From a virus: DNA of 40,705 nucleotides. This document shows positions 31,196 to 39,423 of the stretch, piece after piece. The stretch is taken from positions 1 to 40,705 of IMG/VR virus record IMGVR_UViG_3300031616_000015; one strand, given 5' to 3'. The translations under genes were made by a program, and so were the position numbers. The notes under the pieces are model-generated. The model was not told the origin of the DNA. It saw nothing but the letters and a program-made list of their open reading frames with translations, and did no database searches. The number at the start of each line of letters is the position of its first letter. Position 1 is the first letter of the stretch.

Positions 31196-33445
31196 TCACT
31201 CTTTTTTGGACATCTCGGACTCATGTTCGGCGATGACCAGAGGATCGGACGAAAAGCGGGCACCCCCGACATTGGTGATCAGTTCACGCTTAAACGCCCG
31301 ATCCCATCCCGTATGCCACGTTTGCTTCAACAGCCGCTCAGTCACCCCGCCGTAGAAGCGCTCGATTACCACAGTCCGCGCTTCCGCCTTCGTGAGTCCG
31401 CGACTCTCTCCGTGATCGGACAAAACGCGCACAATCAGATCAGTGACGGAGTCCGAATGCCTCTGCCAGTCCTCGCCACTTCTCCCAGCCGCCGCATCGC
31501 CTTCGGCCACCTTCCACGCATCCGGCTCAAGCACGAGGGACGTCACGTCCTCGCCGTCCTCATCCTGGCCGACCACCACGCGTGTGAAGACGAGCGTCAT
31601 GGGTGCGCGCTCGTCGATGTCCTTCTGTTTCTCCACGAGCAGTTGACCCCGCAGCGTGCCACCCGGAGCCGTCTCGTCCTTGACGACCTTGAGCTCCGTG
31701 TCCTGCGCTCCGTCGATGGCGGAACTACCCCTGGCATCGCCGCCCTTGCGCCCGGTGTGATGCACGGTGAGCACACACGCGCCCGTGGCCTGCCTCAACG
31801 CCTCCACAGCGGCGATGTAGTACCCCATGTCGGTGGCGTTGTTCTCCTCGAGGCCCACCGTCACCCGAGCTTGGGTGTCCATCACGATGAGGCACGGCAG
31901 GGATTGCCCGTCTGGCCCGTTCAGCAGCCTCCTGGCCGCCTCAACGAGCACTGCCCACTTCTTCCCGTCCGCGCTCTGTACGGGCCGTGGGAGCACGTAC
32001 ACGCCGTCCGGCAGGCCACCGTGCGCCTTCTCGTACGCCCGTACCCGCTTGCCCATGCCGCCCGCCCCCTCTGCCGCCACGATGAGCACGCGGGCCTGCG
32101 TAGTCTTCAACCCCTGCCACGGCTTGCCCGCCGCTACGTGCATGGCCATGTCCAGCGCCACGAAACTCTTGCGGGATCCGGGCGCGCCGATCAACCACGC
32201 CGCACTGTCGAGGTTCAGCAGCTCTTTGATCAGCGGTTGCGGCGGTGGGCGCTTGGCCACCTGATCGAGCGAGAGCATTTCGGCCAGTAGGGCGTCGACT
32301 TCATCCCCCGTAGGCACCGAAGACACGCCCGGAATGTCCTGCGTACCGCCCTTGACCTGCGGTGCGTACTCAGTGCGTACCTCTGCGATCCACGGGTCCA
32401 GCGAGGCTCTGCGTCCGTCCAGCACCGCCCTGAACTTCTCCACGGTCCACCTCGAGGCCGGGTGCGACTCGTCGTAAGCGGTCATCGCCAGTTGACGACG
32501 CAACAAGGCCATGGCCTCGTCGACATCCCAGAAGGCGGGCACGAAGTGGGCCAGCGTGACGGCCGCGTTGTTGCACCGATCCTCGATCATCCCGAGCGGC
32601 GCGGCTGCCAGGTCCATCAACGGTCCGCGTACGTGTGCCTGTGCCTGCACGAACGTGAAGCCGCGCGTCTCGACCGCCACCCCCGCCGCCGCCATTCCGG
32701 CCATCGAAGGTGAGGCGAACGGATCATCGGCATCCACGCCACCGCCCTTGACCCTCCTGGCCGCATCATTGCCCGCACCCGCGCGTGCCACCCTTACCAG
32801 CGCCACGATGTGCTCGCCGCTGTCGTCTGAGGATGTGCCGTCCTCTCGCCTGAACTCGGCCAGGAAGCCCGTATCCGGCTCACGCACCCACCGGTAGGGG
32901 TGCAGCTCCCCCATCGTCTCGGGGGCCTTGCTGGGACGCACCGTGGGCGAGATGAACGCGAAGCCGCGTCCCTGCCCGTCCGCCCCGCCCCCTTGCAGGT
33001 CCATGCCCGACAGGAATCCAGCGGATCGATGCTCACCCGTGGGGCTGATCAGTTCGTGCGTCCCGCCCGATGGCGTGCTCTGCGTCCCGAACGATCGGGG
33101 CATCCACCCCCGGTTGTCCAGATCTTCGCGCGAAATGTCCCCGCCGTGGCGGGGGTCGAAGTCCAGCATGTCCGCCCCGCCGGACTCGCGTACCCCGCCG
33201 ACCATCGCGAGGGCGTAGCCCGGTCGCCACCGTTCCAGCCAGGCCGTACGTGACGGTACGGTGCGCTCCCACTGTTTGGGGAGGTAGTACTCCCCCGGTT
33301 GCCACGGATTCGGTGCCGCGCAGAACACCGGTATGCCCGCGTCGATGAGTTCCCCGGCTATCTCCAGCGCCCGCGCCGTCTCCTCGTCCGTCAACGGATT
33401 GATCACAACGGAATTGATCACAACGTCTTGTACTGATTCGCCCAC
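31196..33445 (-). CDS. Bifunctional primase-polymerase (prim-pol) fused to a RecA/RepA-type replicative ATPase (749 aa)
   Basis: The N-terminal segment AGIPVFCAAP...ALAMVGG...DMLDFDPRHGG resembles bifunctional prim-pol domains. The central Walker A (LIGAPGSRKS) and LIVAAEG / VLTVHHTGRKG blocks resemble AAA_25/RepA-like ATPases. Confidence 0.85.
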   Translation of the reverse strand: MGESVQDVVINSVVINPLTDEETARALEIAGELIDAGIPVFCAAPNPWQPGEYYLPKQWERTVPSRTAWLERWRPGYALAMVGGVRESGGADMLDFDPRHGGDISREDLDNRGWMPRSFGTQSTPSGGTHELISPTGEHRSAGFLSGMDLQGGGADGQGRGFAFISPTVRPSKAPETMGELHPYRWVREPDTGFLAEFRREDGTSSDDSGEHIVALVRVARAGAGNDAARRVKGGGVDADDPFASPSMAGMAAAGVAVETRGFTFVQAQAHVRGPLMDLAAAPLGMIEDRCNNAAVTLAHFVPAFWDVDEAMALLRRQLAMTAYDESHPASRWTVEKFRAVLDGRRASLDPWIAEVRTEYAPQVKGGTQDIPGVSSVPTGDEVDALLAEMLSLDQVAKRPPPQPLIKELLNLDSAAWLIGAPGSRKSFVALDMAMHVAAGKPWQGLKTTQARVLIVAAEGAGGMGKRVRAYEKAHGGLPDGVYVLPRPVQSADGKKWAVLVEAARRLLNGPDGQSLPCLIVMDTQARVTVGLEENNATDMGYYIAAVEALRQATGACVLTVHHTGRKGGDARGSSAIDGAQDTELKVVKDETAPGGTLRGQLLVEKQKDIDERAPMTLVFTRVVVGQDEDGEDVTSLVLEPDAWKVAEGDAAAGRSGEDWQRHSDSVTDLIVRVLSDHGESRGLTKAEARTVVIERFYGGVTERLLKQTWHTGWDRAFKRELITNVGGARFSSDPLVIAEHESEMSKKE

Positions 33446-33484
33446 GTGATACCGTCCTATTGAGTTTTCGTCCAGTGAGACTCA

Positions 33485-33514
33485 GAACGGCGGACCTTCA
33501 GGGGTCCGCCGTTC
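33485..33514 (+). terminator. Hairpin with a 12-bp perfect stem (GAACGGCGGACC-ttcagg-GGTCCGCCGTTC), followed by ctcttttctc on the + strand
   Basis: Read directly in the 124-nt gap between two - strand genes. The T-tract is on the + strand, which is antisense to the flanking genes. Confidence 0.45.
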
Positions 33515-33569
33515 CTCTTTTCTCGCCAGTCTGTCCGTGTCCTGCCTGTCGATGTCCAGTGCGGTCACG

Positions 33570-33821
33570 CTACCCCGCGAGCATCCCGCGATACAGGTAG
33601 CGCTGAGGTTCGCGCACCATCGCACCGAAGGTCGATGCCAACTCACGCTCGTACACGGCTGTCTGAAATTGCGTCACGTCAAGGGCGTCGGCCAGGGACA
33701 TCAGGTCGTCATCGAACGCCGCACCGGTCGGCACCATCGGCACGTGCCAGACCCGGCGCAACGCGCTCACCGAGATGATCTGCCCGTCGACCGGGCCACC
33801 CCACAGTTCGATGTCGATCAC
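33570..33821 (-). CDS. Hypothetical protein (83 aa, MIDIELWGGPVDGQ...)
   Basis: Track ORF with a GTGA overlap to the upstream gene. Confidence 0.55.
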   Translation of the reverse strand: MIDIELWGGPVDGQIISVSALRRVWHVPMVPTGAAFDDDLMSLADALDVTQFQTAVYERELASTFGAMVREPQRYLYRGMLAG

Positions 33822-34231
33822 GCCACGTCCTCTTTCTCGGTGCCCGGCATGCCGGGGAGGAACTGCTGTTCGCGCAGCATGCGAGCCTCGCCGCTGTTCC
33901 TCTGGCCGGGTAAGTCGCGCAACTCGCCGTGCAGGTCCTCGGCGGTCATCGCCTCCAGCTCCTCGAGCGCGGGCACCTTGACCCTGCCGCCCACGAGCGC
34001 CCGTACGAACGCGGCACGCAGCAGGCCAGCCCGTCCGGCGACCACGTCCAGCCGCGACAGCCGCGCATCGGCCGCCAGTTCCATGTTGTCGAGCGTGGCC
34101 CCGCGCAACACCTGACGGTTGACTTCCGCGCGCGATACGCGCATGACCACCCGCAACGCGTCCATGCGGTCGAGGTCCCCCGTGTCTACCAGCGCCATGA
34201 ACTGATTCTTGATACGCCCTGCCGTTCCCAC
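33818..34231 (-). CDS. Hypothetical protein (137 aa); first gene of the - strand block
   Basis: Track ORF. GTG start at 34231 with a GGAAAGG SD 7 nt upstream. Confidence 0.55.
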   Translation of the reverse strand: MGTAGRIKNQFMALVDTGDLDRMDALRVVMRVSRAEVNRQVLRGATLDNMELAADARLSRLDVVAGRAGLLRAAFVRALVGGRVKVPALEELEAMTAEDLHGELRDLPGQRNSGEARMLREQQFLPGMPGTEKEDVA

Positions 34232-34312
34232 AATGTCACCTTTCCGTACGATTCATGCCCGATGCTGCGGCACGGTACCGCCGGACGACACCCACCGTAC
34301 CCTGCGGACTAG

Positions 34313-34341
34313 TTGACAGGCAACCCCCCACCGACTACGGT
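34313..34341 (+). promoter_or_regulatory. Promoter TTGACA-N17-TACGGT followed by AGTTGAC-ATG (leaderless)
   Basis: The sequence reads aCTAGTTGACAggcaaccccccaccgacTACGGTagttgacATG, with the ATG at 34349. Confidence 0.6.
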
Positions 34342-34348
34342 AGTTGAC

Positions 34349-34525
34349 ATGAACATGCCGCAGAGGGCCACGGTCCTCGACTTCCTCAGGTTCTTCCTGG
34401 CCGCGCTGATGCTGCTCACCACCATCAACCTCGCGACCAATCAGGACGGCTTTCTGGATTCCTTCCTCACTGGTCTTGCCGCCGCTGCCACTATCGCTCT
34501 GATCCGTGGGGGTCTCCAGAAATGA
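34349..34525 (+). CDS. Small membrane protein with two TM segments (58 aa, MNMPQRATVLDFLRFFLAALMLLTTINL...)
   Basis: In frame with track ORF 34313..34525. ATG 34349 is positioned for a leaderless transcript. It has an ATGA overlap with the next gene. Confidence 0.55.
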   Translation: MNMPQRATVLDFLRFFLAALMLLTTINLATNQDGFLDSFLTGLAAAATIALIRGGLQK

Positions 34526-34854
34526 CGAACATGCCGATCATCGCCACGACCATCACGCTCGTCTTCGATGTGTCATCCGCCCCCGTCTACACCCCGCCGC
34601 TTTACGGCCCAATGTTCCCGAAGACCTTGGAGGTCAGGGTCTTCGACGGCGGGCAGACAGCCGCCAATCTGGCCGCATTCAAGGTCAGGAGAGACGGCAC
34701 CCAGAGCGCCGTCGCGGTCAACCCGTACATCCCCATGGACGACCGCAGGAACGTCCCGTGGATCGCCGAGTGCATCGCCACTGCCATCGGTTACGCAGGC
34801 CACGCGAGTGCATTCGACGCAGAGGCGTTCGAAGTGGCGGAGATGCAACCGTGA
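34522..34854 (+). CDS. Hypothetical protein (110 aa)
   Basis: Track ORF, translationally coupled at both ends (ATGA, GTGA). Confidence 0.6.
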   Translation: MTNMPIIATTITLVFDVSSAPVYTPPLYGPMFPKTLEVRVFDGGQTAANLAAFKVRRDGTQSAVAVNPYIPMDDRRNVPWIAECIATAIGYAGHASAFDAEAFEVAEMQP

Positions 34855-35450
34855 CACCCGAAGAAAAGGCGGTCGTTCAGGCCGCCATTGCATGGCGGCA
34901 TAGTCTGGACAACAGGAGCTACGTCCGCATCGTCGGCAGTCCCGAAGACCGACTGCTGAATGCGACATTGACGCTCATCTACGGTTGCAGTGACTGCAAC
35001 TACGGGCGGCACGTGTGCCCCGGATGCGGCGAGAATATCGGCCACGAGGACAACTGCTGCATTCCGTACAGCATCATCGCGGGGGGCGAGCCGTGGACTG
35101 TGGCGGAGGTGCAGGAGCTGCCTCTGTGGGTACTCAGCGAGTGGCAGCACGTCATCATGGGGGACATCGTGCGCCTCCCTGGCCGACCCGAGACTGAGGC
35201 CAGCGTCGGCAGTGTGCAGCGTCAGCAGTGGCATGCCGACTCACGGGAGTACACCGGTCAGGACGGCAAGGTGCGCGACTGGGTCACGCCGCACGAGCAT
35301 GAGATCATCTTCGCTCGCCTGATCCTTGACGGCAGCGAACGTACGGTGAACTTCCCGCTAGAGACGCCGGTCGAAATCCTGACCACCGCCTCTCGCCGTG
35401 CCGCGCTCACCGTGCAGCAAGCCTTCCCCGGTTCCGAGGTCATCTCGTGA
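34851..35450 (+). CDS. Hypothetical Cys-rich protein (199 aa; CSDCNYGRHVCPGCGENIGHEDNCC)
   Basis: In frame with track ORF 34506..35450. GTG 34851 makes a GTGA overlap with the previous stop. The upstream part of the long ORF overlaps 34522..34854 and looks off-frame. Confidence 0.6.
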   Translation: MTPEEKAVVQAAIAWRHSLDNRSYVRIVGSPEDRLLNATLTLIYGCSDCNYGRHVCPGCGENIGHEDNCCIPYSIIAGGEPWTVAEVQELPLWVLSEWQHVIMGDIVRLPGRPETEASVGSVQRQQWHADSREYTGQDGKVRDWVTPHEHEIIFARLILDGSERTVNFPLETPVEILTTASRRAALTVQQAFPGSEVIS

Positions 35451-35644
35451 GCGGACTGCACAAGCCGCTGCACCTCGAATGTTCGGAGAGCGTGTCCGGG
35501 CACGATACGGGCGGACGCACGGACGGGCGCTGCACGTGGTGTCGTGCCCGCATCGATCCCCCCGCGCCGCGCCCCGAAGGCTTCCCCGTGTCTGCCCTGA
35601 CGGACGCGTACGGCTACTTCTACGATCCGGACTACGAGCCCTAG
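35447..35644 (+). CDS. Hypothetical small protein (65 aa)
   Basis: Track ORF with a GTGA overlap to the previous gene. Confidence 0.5.
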   Translation: MSGLHKPLHLECSESVSGHDTGGRTDGRCTWCRARIDPPAPRPEGFPVSALTDAYGYFYDPDYEP

Positions 35645-35648
35645 CTAG

Positions 35649-35678
35649 TTGACACGCCGCGTACCTACCGACTACTGT
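35649..35678 (+). promoter_or_regulatory. Promoter TTGACA-N18-TACTGT followed by AGTTGAC-ATG (leaderless helicase gene)
   Basis: The sequence reads gCTAGTTGACAcgccgcgtacctaccgacTACTGTagttgacATG, with the ATG at 35686. Confidence 0.6.
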
Positions 35679-35685
35679 AGTTGAC

Positions 35686-37554
35686 ATGGAGATTACGTTG
35701 GACCCGATGGCCATCCTGCGCCCGTATCAACGGGACGCGATCGATCACCTGTGGAAGTCGTGGGACGCGGGCATGACGCGCGTCCCGATGGTGCTCGCCA
35801 CGGGCCTCGGTAAAACGAAGATCTTCACGCGTGTCGTGCACAAGTGGCTCACCGAGAACGGAAGCAAGCGTGTGCTCGTCATCGCGCACACGGATGAGCT
35901 GATCTCGCAGGCAGCCGCAGAAATGCGTGCCGCCAACTCCGGGATCGCGGTCGGCATCGTCAAGGCTGGACTGAACGAGACGCACTGCCGGATCATCATC
36001 TCGTCTCGTCAGACTCTCGCTTCCGAAAAGCGTCGTGCACAGTTGAAGCGTGTCGGTCTGATCATCATCGATGAGGCGCATCATGCCGTTCGCACGAACA
36101 CGTACGGCAAGATCCTCGAGCACTTCGGCGCGTTCCCCTCGCCGTGCTCCTCATGCTCTGAGGGATTCAGCGGCGATCAGGCGGTACCGGGAGGGCAGTG
36201 CTGGGATTGTCAGGGGACCGGGCTCTACAACGGCGGAGAGACTGCCGTCAAGGTTCTCGGATTGACCGCGACTCTTTCGCGTGGCGACAAGGCGAAGCTC
36301 TCCACGGTGTGGGAGGACAAGCCCGTCCCGACCTTCCGCAAGGACATCCTGTTTGGAATCCGCAACGGCTTCCTGCTCGATGTGCGTGGCGAGCGTGTCA
36401 TCGTTCCCGACCTGAACATGAAGAACGTCAAAACGCAGGGTGGTGATTTTCAGGATGCGAGCATCGCGGAAGAGTTGGAACGCACTTTCGCACCGCAGAT
36501 TGTTGCGGAAAAGTACGCGACCGTGGCAAGGAAATCAGGAAGCAATGAGTTACGTCAGGGGATTGCGTTCTGGCCGTTGGTGGATACTGCCTACCATGGC
36601 GCGCAAGCTTTCAATGATGCGGGCATCTCGTCTGCGGTCATCCACGGTGGTCTACCGAAAGAAGAGCGCAAGCTCATCTTGAAGCGGTTTCAGGCTGGCG
36701 AGATAACCGTTGTCCACAATTGCATGGTGCTGACGGAAGGCTTCGACGCGCCGTGGGCAGACGTGGTGGTGATCGGTCGCCCGACACGCAACGGTGGCCT
36801 GTATCAGCAAATGGTCGGGCGCGTGCTGCGCCCTGATCTGACCGTTGAGGCGAGCCTGCGCGAGAAGGCACTCATCCTCGATGTCACGGGTGCAGGCGCG
36901 GACAACGATCTACGCTGCCTGATCGACCTCGCGCCGGAGCGTCCGCTGAGGAAGCATGACGACGACGATGAGGACTTCTCGCTACTCGATCTCGAGCTAG
37001 AGCTAGAAGAGTCCATCGCCAGCGGCGCGGCACCGTGGCTCGTGGAGGAGATCTACGAAGGGCCTGCTGACACCAAGGCGTTCGATCCTCTTCACCGAAC
37101 TTTGGCGTGGAATCAGACTCCGGACGGCACGTACTTCATGAGCGCCGGGGGCAGCCATTACATCTTCCTCGGTGAGTCCGCGTACGGCGATCCTGGCACG
37201 TACGACGTGGTGTGGTGCACGAAGGTGGATTGGAACACCCCGCCGCAGTCGGCGGGCTCGACCGACTACCGCGCCCTGCCGCTGGAAGAGGCGCTGCTGT
37301 GGGCGGAGGAGGAAGCGATCTCGCGTGGCGGGCACGGCGCGAAGACGCTGTCATCGCGTAAGAGTAAGTGGCGTGACGAGCCTGCCACTGAAGGGCTGAA
37401 GAGCAAGGCTCGCGCGAACGGCATCCGCAACAACAAGGCGACCGGTCGTGATCTGGACACGATGACAAAGGGTGAGCTGGGCGAATTGATCGACGCGAAG
37501 ATTGCAGCCAAGAGTATCGATCCGCTCGTACGCAGACTGAAGGGAACGCGGTAA
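35686..37554 (+). CDS. Superfamily 2 DEAD/DEAH-box DNA helicase (622 aa)
   Basis: Motif I is LATGLGKT, motif II is IIIDEAHH, motif III is LGLTATLSRGD and motif VI is QQMVGRVLR. Confidence 0.85.
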   Translation: MEITLDPMAILRPYQRDAIDHLWKSWDAGMTRVPMVLATGLGKTKIFTRVVHKWLTENGSKRVLVIAHTDELISQAAAEMRAANSGIAVGIVKAGLNETHCRIIISSRQTLASEKRRAQLKRVGLIIIDEAHHAVRTNTYGKILEHFGAFPSPCSSCSEGFSGDQAVPGGQCWDCQGTGLYNGGETAVKVLGLTATLSRGDKAKLSTVWEDKPVPTFRKDILFGIRNGFLLDVRGERVIVPDLNMKNVKTQGGDFQDASIAEELERTFAPQIVAEKYATVARKSGSNELRQGIAFWPLVDTAYHGAQAFNDAGISSAVIHGGLPKEERKLILKRFQAGEITVVHNCMVLTEGFDAPWADVVVIGRPTRNGGLYQQMVGRVLRPDLTVEASLREKALILDVTGAGADNDLRCLIDLAPERPLRKHDDDDEDFSLLDLELELEESIASGAAPWLVEEIYEGPADTKAFDPLHRTLAWNQTPDGTYFMSAGGSHYIFLGESAYGDPGTYDVVWCTKVDWNTPPQSAGSTDYRALPLEEALLWAEEEAISRGGHGAKTLSSRKSKWRDEPATEGLKSKARANGIRNNKATGRDLDTMTKGELGELIDAKIAAKSIDPLVRRLKGTR

Positions 37555-37721
37555 TGGAGTGGCCTCACGCAGCAAGATTTTTGAAAGATGGTGTCTGGCA
37601 ATTGGCGCGCGGGTGTCAGGGGTTTCTCACTGACAAGCATCCGGACGCGCCACGAGGCGTGTCGTTCTGCACATCGTGCAAGCGCACCGTGGTTAGGGGA
37701 ATGGGGAAGTGGTGGGAGTAG
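37554..37721 (+). CDS. Possible small protein (55 aa, MEWPHAARFLKDGVWQLARGCQGF...FCTSCKR...). It is below the ORF-track cutoff.
   Basis: Hand translation. Its ATG overlaps the helicase TAA stop (TAATG). Codon bias is only moderate. Confidence 0.35.
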   Translation: MEWPHAARFLKDGVWQLARGCQGFLTDKHPDAPRGVSFCTSCKRTVVRGMGKWWE

Positions 37722-38713
37722 ATCAGGCCGAAGACCCGTTCGCATCGGCCAGTGACATCAAGCCCGCGCCGAAGGAATTCGGGAAGGTGTACAACGGGCG
37801 GTACCACATGCCGTTGCTGTCCGGCGAGTGCGGCCCGAAGAGCGTCAAGGATGCCGACTACGTATCGGGCGGCATACAGCGCATGACGAACCTCGTCGGC
37901 GCGGCAGAGGACACGCGTGCGCTGAACGTGTGGGAACAGGCGATGGCGCTGGTTGGGCTCGCGCTGTCACCTGAGCTGTACGAAGAGCTGACACTGATGG
38001 TGCATCAGGCACGCAGTGACGGCGTCAACTTCGAACTACTGCGCGAGTATCCGAGGCTGCGGGAAGCGCTCGCTGGCACGCCTCAGGACTCGGGTGAGAG
38101 CATCGTCGGACGGGCGAAGCACGCGGCCAAGGCGAACGCCGCCGCGCAGCGTGGCACGAACAGGCACACAGCGTGGGAACATCGCGGCGAGACGGGCGAG
38201 TTGATCGGCACGCCCGCCATGCAGGAGCACGTCGTGGATGTCGAGCGCGTGTTGGCGAAGGCAGGCCTTGAACGCGTCCCCGGCCTCAGTGAGCGCATCG
38301 TGCGCAACACGGAGATAGGTGCCGTTGGCAAGTTCGATGACATCCTTCGGGAGATCTCCTCTGGCCGCTTCCTGATGGCGGACTTGAAGACAAAGGCTCG
38401 CGAGTTCTTCACGTTCGTCACGGTGGATGCTCAGCTAGCCGGGTACGCGTATTCGGATTGGATGCTGGCCACACGCCCTGCGCGAGACGGCGGGAACGTC
38501 GCGAGCTACGTCCCAGGTCCGCGCTATCACGTGGACCTGACGGAAGGTGTCATCCTGCACGCGCCGTCCGACGGCTCTCCGGCGCACCTCGACCGGGCAG
38601 ACCTCGTGCAGGGGTGGAGGGTGGCGCAGTTGGCGAGGCAGATCGTTGACGTCCGAGCGAACGGCAAGAGCGCGGCGCGCCACGTGGCGAGCATATGGGG
38701 AGTGCAGTCATGA
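37709..38713 (+). CDS. PD-(D/E)xK-type exonuclease (Cas4/RecB-like, 334 aa)
   Basis: The GKFDDIL ... FLMADLKTK arrangement fits a D...(D/E)xK nuclease core. The gene lies next to the helicase gene. Confidence 0.6.
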   Translation: MVGVDQAEDPFASASDIKPAPKEFGKVYNGRYHMPLLSGECGPKSVKDADYVSGGIQRMTNLVGAAEDTRALNVWEQAMALVGLALSPELYEELTLMVHQARSDGVNFELLREYPRLREALAGTPQDSGESIVGRAKHAAKANAAAQRGTNRHTAWEHRGETGELIGTPAMQEHVVDVERVLAKAGLERVPGLSERIVRNTEIGAVGKFDDILREISSGRFLMADLKTKAREFFTFVTVDAQLAGYAYSDWMLATRPARDGGNVASYVPGPRYHVDLTEGVILHAPSDGSPAHLDRADLVQGWRVAQLARQIVDVRANGKSAARHVASIWGVQS

Positions 38714-38973
38714 GCGATGAACTCACGTGGCAGGAAGTTGTTGAGATGTGGCAGGAATACCTCAAGCCACCTCCACCCTTCCGCTTTGCGGCGGTAATCT
38801 GCGTTGCCCCGGACATCTATTCGTCTCTGATAACCGAGAATCCTCCGACCTCCCCAAGCCTTTCCATGCAGTTCGCTGGCGTCGGCGTTTCCGCACAGTC
38901 GCACTACGCGCCGGGTGAGTGGCGGATGTTCGATCAGTTCGGAGAGGAATTGGCCCGTGGGTCATGGACGTAG
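38710..38973 (+). CDS. Hypothetical protein (87 aa)
   Basis: In frame with track ORF 38695..38973. ATG 38710 makes an ATGA overlap with the exonuclease stop. Confidence 0.55.
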   Translation: MSDELTWQEVVEMWQEYLKPPPPFRFAAVICVAPDIYSSLITENPPTSPSLSMQFAGVGVSAQSHYAPGEWRMFDQFGEELARGSWT

Positions 38974-39106
38974 GCCGCCGCCCGTACGGCGTAGCCCCAC
39001 ACGTAGCACGCTGGACTCCTGCTCGTTGACGGCCGTGGGGTTATTGCTCTTCTGGCCGATCATGCTTCCATGGCTGCTGTGGCGTGCGCGCAGAGGCACG
39101 CCGTGA
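38957..39106 (+). CDS. Possible small membrane protein (49 aa, ...LTAVGLLLFWPIMLPWLLWRARRG)
   Basis: In frame with track ORF 38915..39106. GTG 38957 minimises overlap with the upstream gene. Its stop overlaps the next start (GTGA at 39103-39106). Confidence 0.35.
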   Translation: MGHGRRPPPVRRSPTRSTLDSCSLTAVGLLLFWPIMLPWLLWRARRGTP

Positions 39107-39387
39107 CCATGGTCGGACATCCCGACGTCGTGCACTGCACGCGTACCTACTCACCGGTCGTGACTCACTACTACGGGCGTCTGAGCAACGGGCACTTCTT
39201 CTACTTCACGTACCGGTTCGGCCGCGTCACGCTGGCCGTGGGTTCCAGCAAGGTCGCTACGGACGGTCGGCATGATGTGGTGATGGCGCACGGCGCGGCC
39301 AGACAGGGCAACTTCGCTAGCGATCAAGTCCGTGACCAGGTGTTCTCTCACCTCTACAATCTCCTTCAAGAAACTTCGCTCAACTAG
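39103..39387 (+). CDS. Hypothetical protein (94 aa)
   Basis: In frame with track ORF 39070..39387, with a GTG 39103 coupled start. Its TAG stop (39385-39387) is part of the next CTAGTTGAC box. Confidence 0.5.
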   Translation: MTMVGHPDVVHCTRTYSPVVTHYYGRLSNGHFFYFTYRFGRVTLAVGSSKVATDGRHDVVMAHGAARQGNFASDQVRDQVFSHLYNLLQETSLN

Positions 39388-39416
39388 TTGACGCGGTGGC
39401 CAGCAGCGACTAGTGT
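39388..39416 (+). promoter_or_regulatory. Promoter TTGACG-N17-TAGTGT in front of a non-coding RNA locus
   Basis: The sequence reads aaCTAGTTGACGcggtggccagcagcgacTAGTGTtcttctcACGGGGG. No ATG follows. The predicted start is near 39424. Confidence 0.55.
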
Positions 39417-39423
39417 TCTTCTC

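Noticed and set aside
30425-32290. A 621-aa + strand ORF, the longest ORF on that strand in this region
   Set aside because: It lies entirely antisense to the primase-helicase gene and the iteron region. Its translation is Arg/Pro/Gly/His-rich with no recognisable motifs. It is a typical shadow ORF of a GC-rich genome, and the - strand frame carries clear prim-pol and Walker motifs.
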